Below, one piece after another: positions 8,382 through 18,158 of a stretch of DNA of 64,000 nucleotides (positions within the stretch are counted from its first letter, which is position 1; each line of letters begins with the position of its first letter). The position numbers and the translations under genes are program-made. Origin of the DNA: Pollutimonas bauzanensis. GTDB lineage: Bacteria > Pseudomonadota > Gammaproteobacteria > Burkholderiales > Burkholderiaceae_B. The stretch lies in NCBI RefSeq assembly GCF_040393045.1, contig NZ_JBEBUX010000005.1:743-64742 (forward strand). The letters are read 5' to 3'. A model generated the notes under the pieces. It worked only from the letters and a program-made list of their open reading frames with translations. It did no database searches and was not told the origin of the DNA.

Positions 8382-9835
8382 CGTCCAAACCTCGCGAAGA
8401 AAGCGCCGAATATTTGCGTTTCGGTGGGCACATTGACAGGTATCGGATACACCACTCGGGTGGTGTTCAGATACTGCCGGTAATCCATGTTGGCCGAAAA
8501 ATTATTGCCGCCCCAGGTGCCGCAACCCATAGATAGCGAGAATGGCAGGCCATTTTCAAAACTCCCGCCAGTCGCCACGGTATGGGGCTGATTGACGATA
8601 ACGCGGGCAACCGGCAAGGCCTGCGCCAGGTGCCTGGCCTGCTCATCAGCCTGATCCGGATCAATATGCAGACTAACGGAATGCCCAGCCCCCTGATAGG
8701 CATAAATGGCATCCACGATTTGCACCGCATGGTCGCGGTCACGGCTGCGATACAGCGTCAGGACGGGGGACAGTTTCTCTCCCGAAAAAGGATGGTCCGG
8801 CCCAAAGCCATCTTCTTCCACCACTAGCGCCTTGGCGCTGGCAAGCTCGGGCCGCTGCAACCCTACGGCGGTAGCGATGACATCTGCCGACTTGCCGGTG
8901 AGTGTCCCCGACAACCTGCCTTCAGGCCACATCGCAGCTTGCAGCACCGTTTTTTCATCCGGCTCCAGCAGTATTCCGCCCTGCCTGGCAAACTCCTGGA
9001 TAAAGCGGTCAGCCACGGACTCGTCGACGACGACGCTATTTTCGGATGAGCAACTGGTGGCGTTATCGAAAGTCTTGGACAGCATGATGCGTTCGGCCGC
9101 GGCCTTCAGGTCGGCGCTGGCGTCGACGATGCTGGCCACATTGCCCGCCCCTACCCCGAAGGCTGGCGTTCCGCTAAGGTAGGCGGCACGCACGTTGGCT
9201 TGGCTGCCGGTGGCCACCACCAGGTCAGCCTGCATCATCAGCGCATGCGTCAAAGCCTTGGACACAGGCGTCGGCAACATCTGCACCAAGCCCTCGGCCA
9301 GGCTGCGATCCAGACCGATACGCTCCAGCTCGTCGTGAATGTAGCCCAGCAGCATCTCACACGTCCCCACCCCTTTCGGGGAAGGAGCCACGATCACGGC
9401 ATTACGGCATTTCAGGGCGTTAATGATTTTGTTGGCGGGCGTCGCCCCCGGATTGGTGGATGGCGTAATGGCAGCCACCACCCCGACCGGCCGGGCAAAC
9501 TCGACCAGGCCAAGCTCCGGATTCTCGGACACGACCCCCACCGTGCGGGCGCGCTGCAAATCCCGCAATAGACCCAGCGTCTTGCGATGATTCTTGGTGA
9601 TCTTGTCGGCCACATTACCCAAGCCGGTGTCGCGCACCGCCCTCTCGGCAAGCTTGCGGTTGTGCTCCGGCTCCATAATGGCCCAGCCGCATGCCACCGC
9701 CAGATCATCTGCCTGGGACTGGGTGTAGTCGTTGATGGCTTGCTGGGCGCGACGGGCACGCTGTATTAAGGCGGCTACCTGCGCCATGGCCTCGTCGTCA
9801 GTACGTAGGGGTAGATTGCCCGTTGATGTCTGCAT
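8378..9835 (-). CDS. CoA-acylating aldehyde dehydrogenase (EutE/PduP/AdhE N-terminal type)
   Basis: AAITPSTNPGATPANKIINALKCRNAVIV and FDNATSCSSENS (catalytic Cys region) match the acylating ALDH subfamily. Its stop overlaps the ligase start (ATGA). Confidence 0.75.
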   Translation of the reverse strand: MQTSTGNLPLRTDDEAMAQVAALIQRARRAQQAINDYTQSQADDLAVACGWAIMEPEHNRKLAERAVRDTGLGNVADKITKNHRKTLGLLRDLQRARTVGVVSENPELGLVEFARPVGVVAAITPSTNPGATPANKIINALKCRNAVIVAPSPKGVGTCEMLLGYIHDELERIGLDRSLAEGLVQMLPTPVSKALTHALMMQADLVVATGSQANVRAAYLSGTPAFGVGAGNVASIVDASADLKAAAERIMLSKTFDNATSCSSENSVVVDESVADRFIQEFARQGGILLEPDEKTVLQAAMWPEGRLSGTLTGKSADVIATAVGLQRPELASAKALVVEEDGFGPDHPFSGEKLSPVLTLYRSRDRDHAVQIVDAIYAYQGAGHSVSLHIDPDQADEQARHLAQALPVARVIVNQPHTVATGGSFENGLPFSLSMGCGTWGGNNFSANMDYRQYLNTTRVVYPIPVNVPTETQIFGAFFARFGR

Positions 9836-9871
9836 AATAAAAATACTCCTATCCTTGTGTCTCGATTGCCC

Positions 9872-10909
9872 TCAATCGAGTTTGATGTTGGCGTCCTTGG
9901 CCAATGACGACCATTTGCTCAGCTCTGTTTTAACGATACTATCCAACTGCGCCGGTGTACTGCCTACTGCCTGCGCACCTTGTCCAAGCAGTTTCTCTTT
10001 GATCTCCGGCTTCTTCACCGCAATCGAAATCGCCTTGGAAAGGCGGTCTATGATGGGTTGCGGCGTCTTGCCGGGCACGAACATGGCATACCAGGAGTCG
10101 ACTTCAAAATCGGCGACCCCGGACTCTTGTACCGTGGGAACGTCTGGAAACATCGGGCTGCGGGTTACTGTCGACACTGCCAGCGCTTTCAAACGCCCCG
10201 TCTTGACGAAGCCGGCAGCGGCGGGAATAGATACCCATAACAGAGGAATCTGATTACCCAGCACGTCGTTAACGGCCGGCCCCCCGCCGCGATAGGGGAT
10301 ATGCTGCATTTTTGTATTCGTGCGCAAGCCCAGAAGCTCACCCGCTATATGACTGGGCGACCCATTACCCACCGACCCGTAAGAAAGCTCGCCCGGCCTG
10401 GCTTTGGCTTCCCGGAGTAATTCGGCGATATTGTTAGCGGCAAAGGCGGGATTGGCGACCAGTATCTGCGGCAATGACGCCACTAACGAAACCGGCGCAA
10501 AATCGTTGGCGGTGTCGTAGTTCAGCTTTTTATAGACAGCAGGGTTGATAGTATGGGATGACAACGTGAACAACACGGTATATCCGTCAGGTGCGGCCCG
10601 CGCCACAGTTTCCGTACCTATCATCCCTGCGGCGCCGCCTCGATTCTCGATAACGACGGTCTGACCCAGTTGCTTGCTGAGATCTTCCTGGATGATGCGA
10701 GCAATAATATCGGTACCCCCACCCGGCGGATACGGCACCACCATGCGTATTGGGCGATTGGGCCAATCATCGGCAGCCTTCGCCACTGGCGCCACAGCCG
10801 TTAACCCTACTGCCACAGCTAATGGCCAGACCATTCGGAACCATGCTGCCGGTTTGCTTAAGGTACTGCCCCTGCCTGATACTCGACTGTGCAACATTGA
10901 AATTGACAT
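9872..10909 (-). CDS. Bug-family (TctC-like) periplasmic solute-binding receptor
   Basis: AGGAGA precedes ATG 10909. Signal-like N-terminus ending AVAPVAKA. WPNRPIRMVVPYPPGGGTD motif. Confidence 0.85.
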   Translation of the reverse strand: MSISMLHSRVSGRGSTLSKPAAWFRMVWPLAVAVGLTAVAPVAKAADDWPNRPIRMVVPYPPGGGTDIIARIIQEDLSKQLGQTVVIENRGGAAGMIGTETVARAAPDGYTVLFTLSSHTINPAVYKKLNYDTANDFAPVSLVASLPQILVANPAFAANNIAELLREAKARPGELSYGSVGNGSPSHIAGELLGLRTNTKMQHIPYRGGGPAVNDVLGNQIPLLWVSIPAAAGFVKTGRLKALAVSTVTRSPMFPDVPTVQESGVADFEVDSWYAMFVPGKTPQPIIDRLSKAISIAVKKPEIKEKLLGQGAQAVGSTPAQLDSIVKTELSKWSSLAKDANIKLD

Positions 10910-10967
10910 CGTTGTCTCCTTGCGGGTGGCGCCGCCTTCCTGACGGCTGATCGTTAACTTATTGTTG

Positions 10968-11783
10968 TCATGCCTTGCTCATACTCTTGGTGTTGAAAAC
11001 AGGCACTGGCGCGATGGCGCCAGGCCGATATCCTAATAATGCCGATGTCGACGCGGCAGCCTCGTTCAAGGGTGCAATCAGCTCAGGCAGACGTTCCGCG
11101 CTCGCCCGAATACTGGGCAGGCTGATGCCCAGCGCACCTACTACCTGACCGCGGCCATCGAACACGGGCGCGCCCAGCCCCGAGACATCTTCGCGCCATT
11201 CGCCGCGATTCAAGGCGTAGCCTTGCTCGCGCACCTGCAGAAGGTCGTCCAGCAATGCGCCGTGCTTGAGATGACTAAAGGCCGTATACGACTGCAACGC
11301 AGGCACGGTGCTGCGCAACCAGGCCAAGGCCTGCGCCTTGTCATCCGGCAATGCATAGGCAAGCAATACCTTGCCGCTGGCTACGCACTGTGCGGGTGCC
11401 CGGCCGCCAATATGCGAGTAGGCCGCCACAGGCTGAGGGCTATCAATTTTGTCGAGATAGACCACCTGATCGCCGTCCCGCACGACTAAATGAATGGTTT
11501 CCAGCGTAGCCGTGGCTAGCGCCGCCATAGGCTGATGGGCAACATGGCGGATATCCAATGTGCCTACAACCTTGGACCCCAGCTCGAACAGCCGCAAACT
11601 GGCCTGATAACGCGCATCGGTAGACTGCCGCGCATAGCCCAAAGCCACCAGTGTTTTCAAAGTCCGGTGTGCGTTACTGGGCACCAGCGAGAAAGCCTGC
11701 GCCACATCCGATACGCTGCATGGCGTAACGGAGTTGACCAGGAACTCCAGCACCGACAATCCTTTGACTAATGTTTTATCCAT
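10968..11783 (-). CDS. IclR-family transcriptional regulator
   Basis: MDKTLVKGLSVLEFLVNSVTPCSVSDVAQAFSLVPSNAHRTLKTLVALGY HTH region plus an IclR effector domain. Confidence 0.85.
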   Translation of the reverse strand: MDKTLVKGLSVLEFLVNSVTPCSVSDVAQAFSLVPSNAHRTLKTLVALGYARQSTDARYQASLRLFELGSKVVGTLDIRHVAHQPMAALATATLETIHLVVRDGDQVVYLDKIDSPQPVAAYSHIGGRAPAQCVASGKVLLAYALPDDKAQALAWLRSTVPALQSYTAFSHLKHGALLDDLLQVREQGYALNRGEWREDVSGLGAPVFDGRGQVVGALGISLPSIRASAERLPELIAPLNEAAASTSALLGYRPGAIAPVPVFNTKSMSKA

Positions 11784-11793
11784 ATTCCAAATA

Positions 11794-11810
11794 ATAGAAT
11801 GTGATTCTAT
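11794..11810. promoter_or_regulatory. Candidate operator just upstream of the IclR gene 10968..11783
   Basis: ATAGAAT-gtg-ATTCTAT, perfect 7-bp arms, starting 11 bp upstream of the ATG. Confidence 0.4.
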
Positions 11811-11924
11811 ATTTAGTATAGACGTGTTTTAGGAAGAGGTAAAGAAAGATCGTTTATTGGATAGCGGGCGGGTGCCCACGCGGGGCGGACTCATGGTCTA
11901 TCACTGCAGTGCGATTTTCACTGC

Positions 11925-12521
11925 TCAACGCAGCCGTCGAGAGCCGTCGGGGTAGAACTCCTGGGCCGCACCCGCTGCGCCCGCTGCATCGAATTTTTTC
12001 TCGGAAACAAGGTTGCCATTGGCATCGTAAATTACCTCTGCTTTCAGCTTGCCCTGTTCGTTATAGAAGCGATGCAGACCCACGCGCCTGAACTGCCCCT
12101 GCATGACACCCGAGGCCACCGGCAGACCCAAATCGGAAAAATGCTCTACATAGTTTCCGGGTGGCCCTTTGGGGTCGCGCACAGTTTGATTCACATGTTT
12201 TTCTCGTACTTGCCCGTTCATATACCAGAAGGTAGCCCGCATCTGCGTGCCGCCCAGAAAGACCTGTTCACGCAAGGGTGTTCCCTCTAGCGACCATTCG
12301 CGCTCGGTGGCTTCCAGCCCTGCACTGCTACGTTTTTCCAGAACCTCGTATATCAGTTGCCCATTCGGCGCGTATTCTTTGCGCTGTTCGCCGCCAGAGA
12401 TTTTTTGAATCACCGTCTGCCCTGCAAGAGCGGTATTGACTTCGGCACTGACCATGCCAGGCAGGAGGATGAGGGCCACGGCCAGGATTAAGGTTTTGAC
12501 ATGCATGCGGATGAAGTCCAT
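11925..12521 (-). CDS. Secreted MORN-variant (YwqK-like) repeat protein
   Basis: Signal peptide (HVKTLILAVALILLPGMVSAE). Repeated Y/F-x-x-N/D-G-x-L units (YAPNGQLIYE, FWYMNGQVRE, FYNEQGKLKAEVIYDANGNLVSE, FYPDGS). Alternative start at ATG 12506. Confidence 0.6.
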   Translation of the reverse strand: MDFIRMHVKTLILAVALILLPGMVSAEVNTALAGQTVIQKISGGEQRKEYAPNGQLIYEVLEKRSSAGLEATEREWSLEGTPLREQVFLGGTQMRATFWYMNGQVREKHVNQTVRDPKGPPGNYVEHFSDLGLPVASGVMQGQFRRVGLHRFYNEQGKLKAEVIYDANGNLVSEKKFDAAGAAGAAQEFYPDGSRRLR

Positions 12522-12590
12522 TGGCTATGCTGTTGAAGCAGTCAATATACTCAAAGATGCTTTATTTGCGCGAAAAAAGACGAATACTTG

Positions 12591-13469
12591 TCATAGATGA
12601 TCATTACGCACATCCAGCGCGTCACGCAAGCCATCGCCGATGAAATTGAAGCTGGTCACTGCAATGGTGATCGTGATGCCCGGTACGATGGCCAGCCATG
12701 GCGCGGTCGCCAGATATTGCTGTGCGCCGTTCAACATATTGCCCCAGCTTGGCAGTGGCGGCTGGATTCCGTAGCCGAGGAAGCTGACATAGGCTTCGAG
12801 CAGGATAGCGCGTGCCACAGTGAGGGTAGCGGCCACAATGATCGGGCCCATGACGTTGGGCAGAATCTCGCGAAACATAATGTGGCGGCTGCTTAGCCCC
12901 AGCATCAGTCCTGCCTGTACGAACTCCCGCTCGCGTAGGGAGCTCACTTCGGCCTCGACGATACGGGCGACCTCCATCCAACTTGTGACTGCAATGATCA
13001 CCGTGATCATTGTCGGGCTGGGCTTGAGCAGTGCGGCAAGCGCCAGCACGAGGAAAATCGAGGGAAAAGCCAGAAAGGCATCGACCATCCGCATCAGCGT
13101 GGCCCTCAGCCAACCGCCGCGATAGCCCGCAATCACGCCTACTGCGGTACCGATGATGGTCGAGAGGATCATGGCCGAGAAACCGACCAGAAGCGAGATA
13201 TTCCCGGCCTCTAGCAATCGCACAGCCTGGTCGCGGCCCAGAGGGTCGGTGCCCAGGTAATGTTGCCCAGTAAGGGGCGGAGCGAAGCGCGCGCGCAGAT
13301 CGATGTAAAGCGAGTCGTAAGGCAGAAGCCAAGGACCCACGATACAAGCCAGCGTCAGTGCTGTAATCATGAAGATACCGACCAGGGCCAGACGATGGCG
13401 GGCGAACCGGCGCACGGCCCGGCTCTGCCACCAGCGACTGTGGTCCGACGATGCTGCAATAGTGGTCAT
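12591..13469 (-). CDS. ABC transporter permease (DppC/OppC type)
   Basis: ORF 12591..13553 trimmed to ATG 13469, which is preceded by AGGAGA. Multi-pass membrane protein with a BPD-transport EAA-like loop (VEAEVSSLREREFVQAGLMLGLS). Confidence 0.85.
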   Translation of the reverse strand: MTTIAASSDHSRWWQSRAVRRFARHRLALVGIFMITALTLACIVGPWLLPYDSLYIDLRARFAPPLTGQHYLGTDPLGRDQAVRLLEAGNISLLVGFSAMILSTIIGTAVGVIAGYRGGWLRATLMRMVDAFLAFPSIFLVLALAALLKPSPTMITVIIAVTSWMEVARIVEAEVSSLREREFVQAGLMLGLSSRHIMFREILPNVMGPIIVAATLTVARAILLEAYVSFLGYGIQPPLPSWGNMLNGAQQYLATAPWLAIVPGITITIAVTSFNFIGDGLRDALDVRNDHL

Positions 13470-13491
13470 AACAGTCTCCTGATTAAGGGGG

Positions 13492-14442
13492 TCAGGCAAG
13501 GCGGATGCGTGGATCAACCGTCGCCACGATGACGTCGGCGATGAGGTTTCCAAGCAAGGTCAAAATGGCGGAGAGCATCAGGAGCCCCATCACCACCGGA
13601 TAGTCGCTGTAACCAAGGCTGTCGAGAAACAGCCGCCCCATTCCGGGCCAGGTGAAAACAGTCTCGGTTACCAGCGCGCCGCCGAGAATGGTGGGCAGTT
13701 GCATTCCCGCCAGCGTGATCATAGGAAGCAGCGCATTGCCCACCACATGCTTCATCACGACTCGGCGCTCTCGCAACCCCTTGGCCCGCGCAGTCTTGAT
13801 GAAATCCTGGTTGATCACGTCAAGCGTGGCCGAGCGCATGTAGCGGCTCCAGGTAGCGATATTCACCAGAGACAGTACGAGGCTCGGCAGGACAAGGTGA
13901 TGCAGGTAGTTCAGCACCGACTGATCGCCGATCGTGTACATGTTGCCCGCAGGCACCCAGCCGAGCTTTAGCGAAAATACATAGATACCGACAAGGCCAA
14001 ACCAGAAGGTCGGGATCGAAAGCGCAATCATGGCGCCGATGGTAGCGGCGTAGTCGAAGCCCGAGTAACGGTGCGTCGCGCCACGAATACCTATCCACGT
14101 ACCGATGGCGATGGAAATAGCGGTCGATGATCCCATCAGCAACAGCGTGGCGAACAGATGTCGACCGATCACTTGTATGACAGGGACGCCGTCGCGAAAA
14201 GAAGTGCCCCAGTCTCCTCGCAACATTTGCCAGGCCCAGTCAAAATATCGCAGCAGCAGCGGTCGATCGAGGCCAAGCTGACGGGTCAGGCGTTCGATGT
14301 CAGCCTGCGTCATGCTGGCATCCAGCGCGAATTGCGATAACGGACCGCCAGGGATCATGTTTAGCACTGTGAAGCCGATGATCGACACGATCACCAGCAG
14401 GATAATGCTCTGCCACAGGCGATTAAACAGAAATCCGGCCAT
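13492..14442 (-). CDS. ABC transporter permease (DppB/OppB type)
   Basis: MAGFLFNRLWQSIILLVIVSIIGF N-terminus and DFIKTARAKGLRERRVVMKH EAA loop typical of DppB/OppB. Confidence 0.85.
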   Translation of the reverse strand: MAGFLFNRLWQSIILLVIVSIIGFTVLNMIPGGPLSQFALDASMTQADIERLTRQLGLDRPLLLRYFDWAWQMLRGDWGTSFRDGVPVIQVIGRHLFATLLLMGSSTAISIAIGTWIGIRGATHRYSGFDYAATIGAMIALSIPTFWFGLVGIYVFSLKLGWVPAGNMYTIGDQSVLNYLHHLVLPSLVLSLVNIATWSRYMRSATLDVINQDFIKTARAKGLRERRVVMKHVVGNALLPMITLAGMQLPTILGGALVTETVFTWPGMGRLFLDSLGYSDYPVVMGLLMLSAILTLLGNLIADVIVATVDPRIRLA

Positions 14443-14511
14443 TCAGCCCCCCATCGGGATTACAGAACTTTGAAAACCCGGGCGCTGCGATTACCCGGGG
14501 TGCGTACACGA

Positions 14512-16176
14512 TCAGGCCTTACGGGACCAGCCCGCCGCATTCCAGGATTCGGTGCGGGTGTTGCTGTTGCTGACCACTCCCTTGACGTCCGACTTCCAGC
14601 CTTGGACGGAATTCTCCGAAAAGAGGGGCAGAAAGGGTAGATCGGCGCGAACTGTCGCCTGAATTTCCTTGTAGATCTCGATCCGGCGTGCTTGATCGAA
14701 GGTGCGCGCACCTTCTTCCAGCAGCTTGTCCACACGCGGATTACTGTATTGCGCGGTGTTCGAGCCCCGTCCGCCTTTGACGCGAATCGCACCGGTATGG
14801 AAGCGGTTGAATACGTCGGGATCCGCCCCAACCAGATAATTGATGCCCACCACAACCGAGTCGAATTGCGACAATGTCCAGAAATCACCCCAAATCACCG
14901 CTGCGGGCAGGTTCGAGATGGTCATCTCGACGCCGATGCCCTTCAGCGTCTGCTGGATGAATTGCTGCAGTTGTTCGCGCAGATGGTTGCCCGTCGTGGT
15001 CGAATTGGTGAACGCAAGCCGCACGCCATCCTTGGCACGGATTCCGTCACGCCCTTTCACCCAACCTGCGCCATCAAGCAGCTTCTCTGCCTTCTCGAGG
15101 TTGAACTCGTGCTTGGGCAGGTCCTTGTTGTAGTAGATCGAGCCGCGCGGCATGTAGGATTCGACCGGTTCGGGTAGACCGTAGTAGAGCGCATCGATGA
15201 TCGCCTGCTTATCAATGGCCGCATAGATTGCCTGGCGCACTGCCAGATCCTTGAAAACAGGGCGTTCCAGATTGAGGTAAATCTGTTCGACGGCCGGCGC
15301 CGGTTGCAACTGAACCACCCGGTTTTTCAGCGTCTTCGCCTCAGCATAATTGTCGGGAGTAATGTATTGGCGTCCCACAAGATCGATGTCGCCGCTCTTG
15401 AACTGGGTATAAAGTACCGTCAGGTCGGGGATATATTTGAAGACCAGTTGCTCGATATACGGGCCTTCGCCATGGTAGTCGCGATTGGCGACCAAATTAA
15501 TATGGTCGCCCGCAACGCGGCTACCCCATTTGAATGCGCCAGTACCGATAGGCGCTTGATTGAAGGCGGCGGCGTTCTTGTCTGCCTCGGACTCGAGCAC
15601 GTGCTTGGGAACGATGAAAGTTTCCGTCAGGAAGGAAAGATAAGGCGCGAAAGGCTCTTTCATTCGCCAGGTCAGCTCAGTCGGCGAAACCACCTTAATG
15701 TCGTGTACGAGGTTGTGTCCCGTTGTGCGCCAGCTACGGAAGTTGGGATCGACGATCAGCTCAAGCGTGAACTTCACATCTTCGGCTGTCAGCGGCTTGC
15801 CGTCATGCCATTTCACATCATCACGCAACTTCACGCGCCATTCCAGACCATCGGCGGAAAGCCCGCCATTTTTTTGGTTCGGTACTTCCGTGGCCAGATT
15901 TGGCACGATGGAACCGTCCGGCATGGTTCGGAACAATGCGTCGAAAATCGAGAAATGGAGGCCATCATCGACTTCGATCTTCAGCATCAAAGGGTTGAAT
16001 ACGGTCGGCTCTTGCGATAAACCGACGATGACCCGGCCAGAAGGTGCTGCTGGTGGGGTTTGGGCAAACGCGGGCTTGCCCAGCAAATACGGAGCAAACA
16101 GACTCGCTGCACCGGCAACACCCATAATCTTCAGGGCTGAACGGCGGGTTGTCTTCGAAATAATTTTGTCAGTCAT
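14512..16176 (-). CDS. ABC transporter substrate-binding protein, family 5 (peptide/opine/nickel type), Tat-type signal
   Basis: AAGGAG RBS. TRRSALKIMGVAGAASLFAPYLLGKPAFA twin-arginine-like signal. Size and pattern of family 5 solute-binding proteins. Confidence 0.85.
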   Translation of the reverse strand: MTDKIISKTTRRSALKIMGVAGAASLFAPYLLGKPAFAQTPPAAPSGRVIVGLSQEPTVFNPLMLKIEVDDGLHFSIFDALFRTMPDGSIVPNLATEVPNQKNGGLSADGLEWRVKLRDDVKWHDGKPLTAEDVKFTLELIVDPNFRSWRTTGHNLVHDIKVVSPTELTWRMKEPFAPYLSFLTETFIVPKHVLESEADKNAAAFNQAPIGTGAFKWGSRVAGDHINLVANRDYHGEGPYIEQLVFKYIPDLTVLYTQFKSGDIDLVGRQYITPDNYAEAKTLKNRVVQLQPAPAVEQIYLNLERPVFKDLAVRQAIYAAIDKQAIIDALYYGLPEPVESYMPRGSIYYNKDLPKHEFNLEKAEKLLDGAGWVKGRDGIRAKDGVRLAFTNSTTTGNHLREQLQQFIQQTLKGIGVEMTISNLPAAVIWGDFWTLSQFDSVVVGINYLVGADPDVFNRFHTGAIRVKGGRGSNTAQYSNPRVDKLLEEGARTFDQARRIEIYKEIQATVRADLPFLPLFSENSVQGWKSDVKGVVSNSNTRTESWNAAGWSRKA

Positions 16177-16222
16177 GAGACGATCTCCTTTATACAGCCT
16201 TGTTGATACCGCAATTACTCAG

Positions 16223-17893
16223 TCACGCTGCTCTTCTGGCCTGTTCTTTGCCCGGTATGGCAGCGACCAACTCCCGGGTATAGGCGGACTTCGGGGCGAG
16301 AAATATCTGCGAAGGCGGCCCTACCTCGACGAACTTACCCTTTTGCATCACCGCAATCTCGTCACAGATCTGGCTGGCCACACGCAGGTCATGGGTAATG
16401 AAGACCATCGACACACCCGTCTCGCGCTGCACTTGATCGAGCAGCTTCAGAATCTGTGCCTGAATCGAGACATCGAGCGCCGAGACGCACTCATCGGCTA
16501 CAAGCAACTTCGGCTTGAACATCAGCGCGCGGGCTATGCCAATGCGTTGGCGCTGTCCACCCGAGAATTCGTGCGGATAGCGCCGAAAGGCGCCGGCATC
16601 GAGACCGACATGCGACAGCAGCGCCATCGCTTCTTCGCGGGCCTGAGCGTATGCCATGCCATGCGCCACCGGACCGACGGTCAGGATATGGCCAACGGTC
16701 GAGCGCGGATTGAGCGAGGCAAAGGGGTCCTGGAAGATCATCTGGATTTTCGGACGCAGAGCGCGGAAAGCACCCTCCGCCATCTGGGCAATATCGGTGC
16801 CCTCGAAGAGGATGCTGCCGCTATCGCTTTTCATCAACTTGATCAGCAGTCGCCCAAGTGAAGTTTTGCCCGAACCGCTCTCACCCACCACGCCAAGCGT
16901 TCGGCCGGGTTTCAATTCAAAGGAGACGCCGTCGACCGCCTTGCTTAACCGTTCGCTGCGTAGAAGACGGCTGCCGCTGCTATAGGTCTTGACCAGATGC
17001 TCGACCTTGAGAATCGGTGTCGTTGAGGTTTGCGGCAACACCCGGTCGATGCCGGTCAACTCCGGCACCGATGCGATCAAGCGCTTGGTATAAGGATGCT
17101 CTGGGTCTTTCAGCACCTTGTCGGCAGAACCTTGCTCGACGATTTTGCCCTTTTCCATCACGACGACGCTGTCTGCGATCTCCGCGACCACGCCGAAGTC
17201 GTGAGTGATGAACATGACGCTCATTCCCTTGCGACGCTGGATATCGCGGATCAGGTCCAGGATCTGTGCCTGCGTGGTCACGTCGAGAGCAGTGGTGGGC
17301 TCGTCTGCGATCAAGACCGCAGGCTCCATTGCCAGCGCTATCGCAATCATTACCCGCTGTCGTTGCCCGCCTGACAGACGGAATGGATACTGGTGATACA
17401 TCAATGAGGGCTCCGGCAAACCGACCTCGGCCAGAAGCTCGAGGCTGCGGTCCTTGCGGCTCTCTGCTGTACCTTCACCGTGGGCCGCCATTGCCTCGGC
17501 AATTTGCGCTCCCACTGTCATCAAGGGGTTCAATGCCGAAAGCGGGTCCTGAAAAATCATGGAGACAACTCGTCCACGCAGACCTCGCAGGTATTCAGGG
17601 TCGGCATCGATGATCTCGGTATCGATCAGTCTGATCGATCCTTCAGTCACGCGGATCACCTTGGGCAGCAGACCCATGATCGCATTGGCCGTCACCGATT
17701 TTCCCGATCCCGATTCTCCGATGATGCAGAGTATTTGCCCTTTCAGAAGATCGAAAGAAATTCCGCTGACAGCATGGGCACGCTCCATACCGGGCGGCAG
17801 ACTGACGGATAGATCGCGCACCGAGAGCATCGCTGCGGAGGCTGCCATGATACTTGCCGGTATAGAACCCACAGTCCCCTCCTGTCGTGTCAT
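16223..17893 (-). CDS. ABC transporter ATP-binding protein, fused double ATPase (DppD-DppF type)
   Basis: Two Walker A motifs (GESGSGKS twice), two LSGGQRQR signatures and two Walker B motifs. GTG 17872, preceded by AGGAGG, is a plausible alternative start. Confidence 0.9.
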   Translation of the reverse strand: MTRQEGTVGSIPASIMAASAAMLSVRDLSVSLPPGMERAHAVSGISFDLLKGQILCIIGESGSGKSVTANAIMGLLPKVIRVTEGSIRLIDTEIIDADPEYLRGLRGRVVSMIFQDPLSALNPLMTVGAQIAEAMAAHGEGTAESRKDRSLELLAEVGLPEPSLMYHQYPFRLSGGQRQRVMIAIALAMEPAVLIADEPTTALDVTTQAQILDLIRDIQRRKGMSVMFITHDFGVVAEIADSVVVMEKGKIVEQGSADKVLKDPEHPYTKRLIASVPELTGIDRVLPQTSTTPILKVEHLVKTYSSGSRLLRSERLSKAVDGVSFELKPGRTLGVVGESGSGKTSLGRLLIKLMKSDSGSILFEGTDIAQMAEGAFRALRPKIQMIFQDPFASLNPRSTVGHILTVGPVAHGMAYAQAREEAMALLSHVGLDAGAFRRYPHEFSGGQRQRIGIARALMFKPKLLVADECVSALDVSIQAQILKLLDQVQRETGVSMVFITHDLRVASQICDEIAVMQKGKFVEVGPPSQIFLAPKSAYTRELVAAIPGKEQARRAA

Positions 17894-18158
17894 GATCGCT
17901 ATAAAAAATTCAATATATATTAAAAATCGTAGCTAGGTCTATTTAAATCGGTTTTCCAGAAAAATATGACAAAACCGGCTCATTTCTGCATTAATATGCT
18001 TTTTATTATGGATTTTTCGACGAAATGAATATTCGTCAGACGAGATAGATACTACTTCTTGCGAGAGACCCAACATGTTTATGTTGAAAATTTCTCAAGA
18101 ATATTTCATTATATTGTTTGATCGTTATTTTCTGTCAATAGGGAATTTCAGCACCAAC

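Noticed and set aside
15698-16861. 387-aa plus-strand ORF spanning the binding-protein / ATPase gene junction
   Set aside because: It lies antisense to two well-supported ABC transporter genes. It is Arg/Ser/Gly-rich and low-complexity, as is typical of shadow ORFs in GC-rich DNA.
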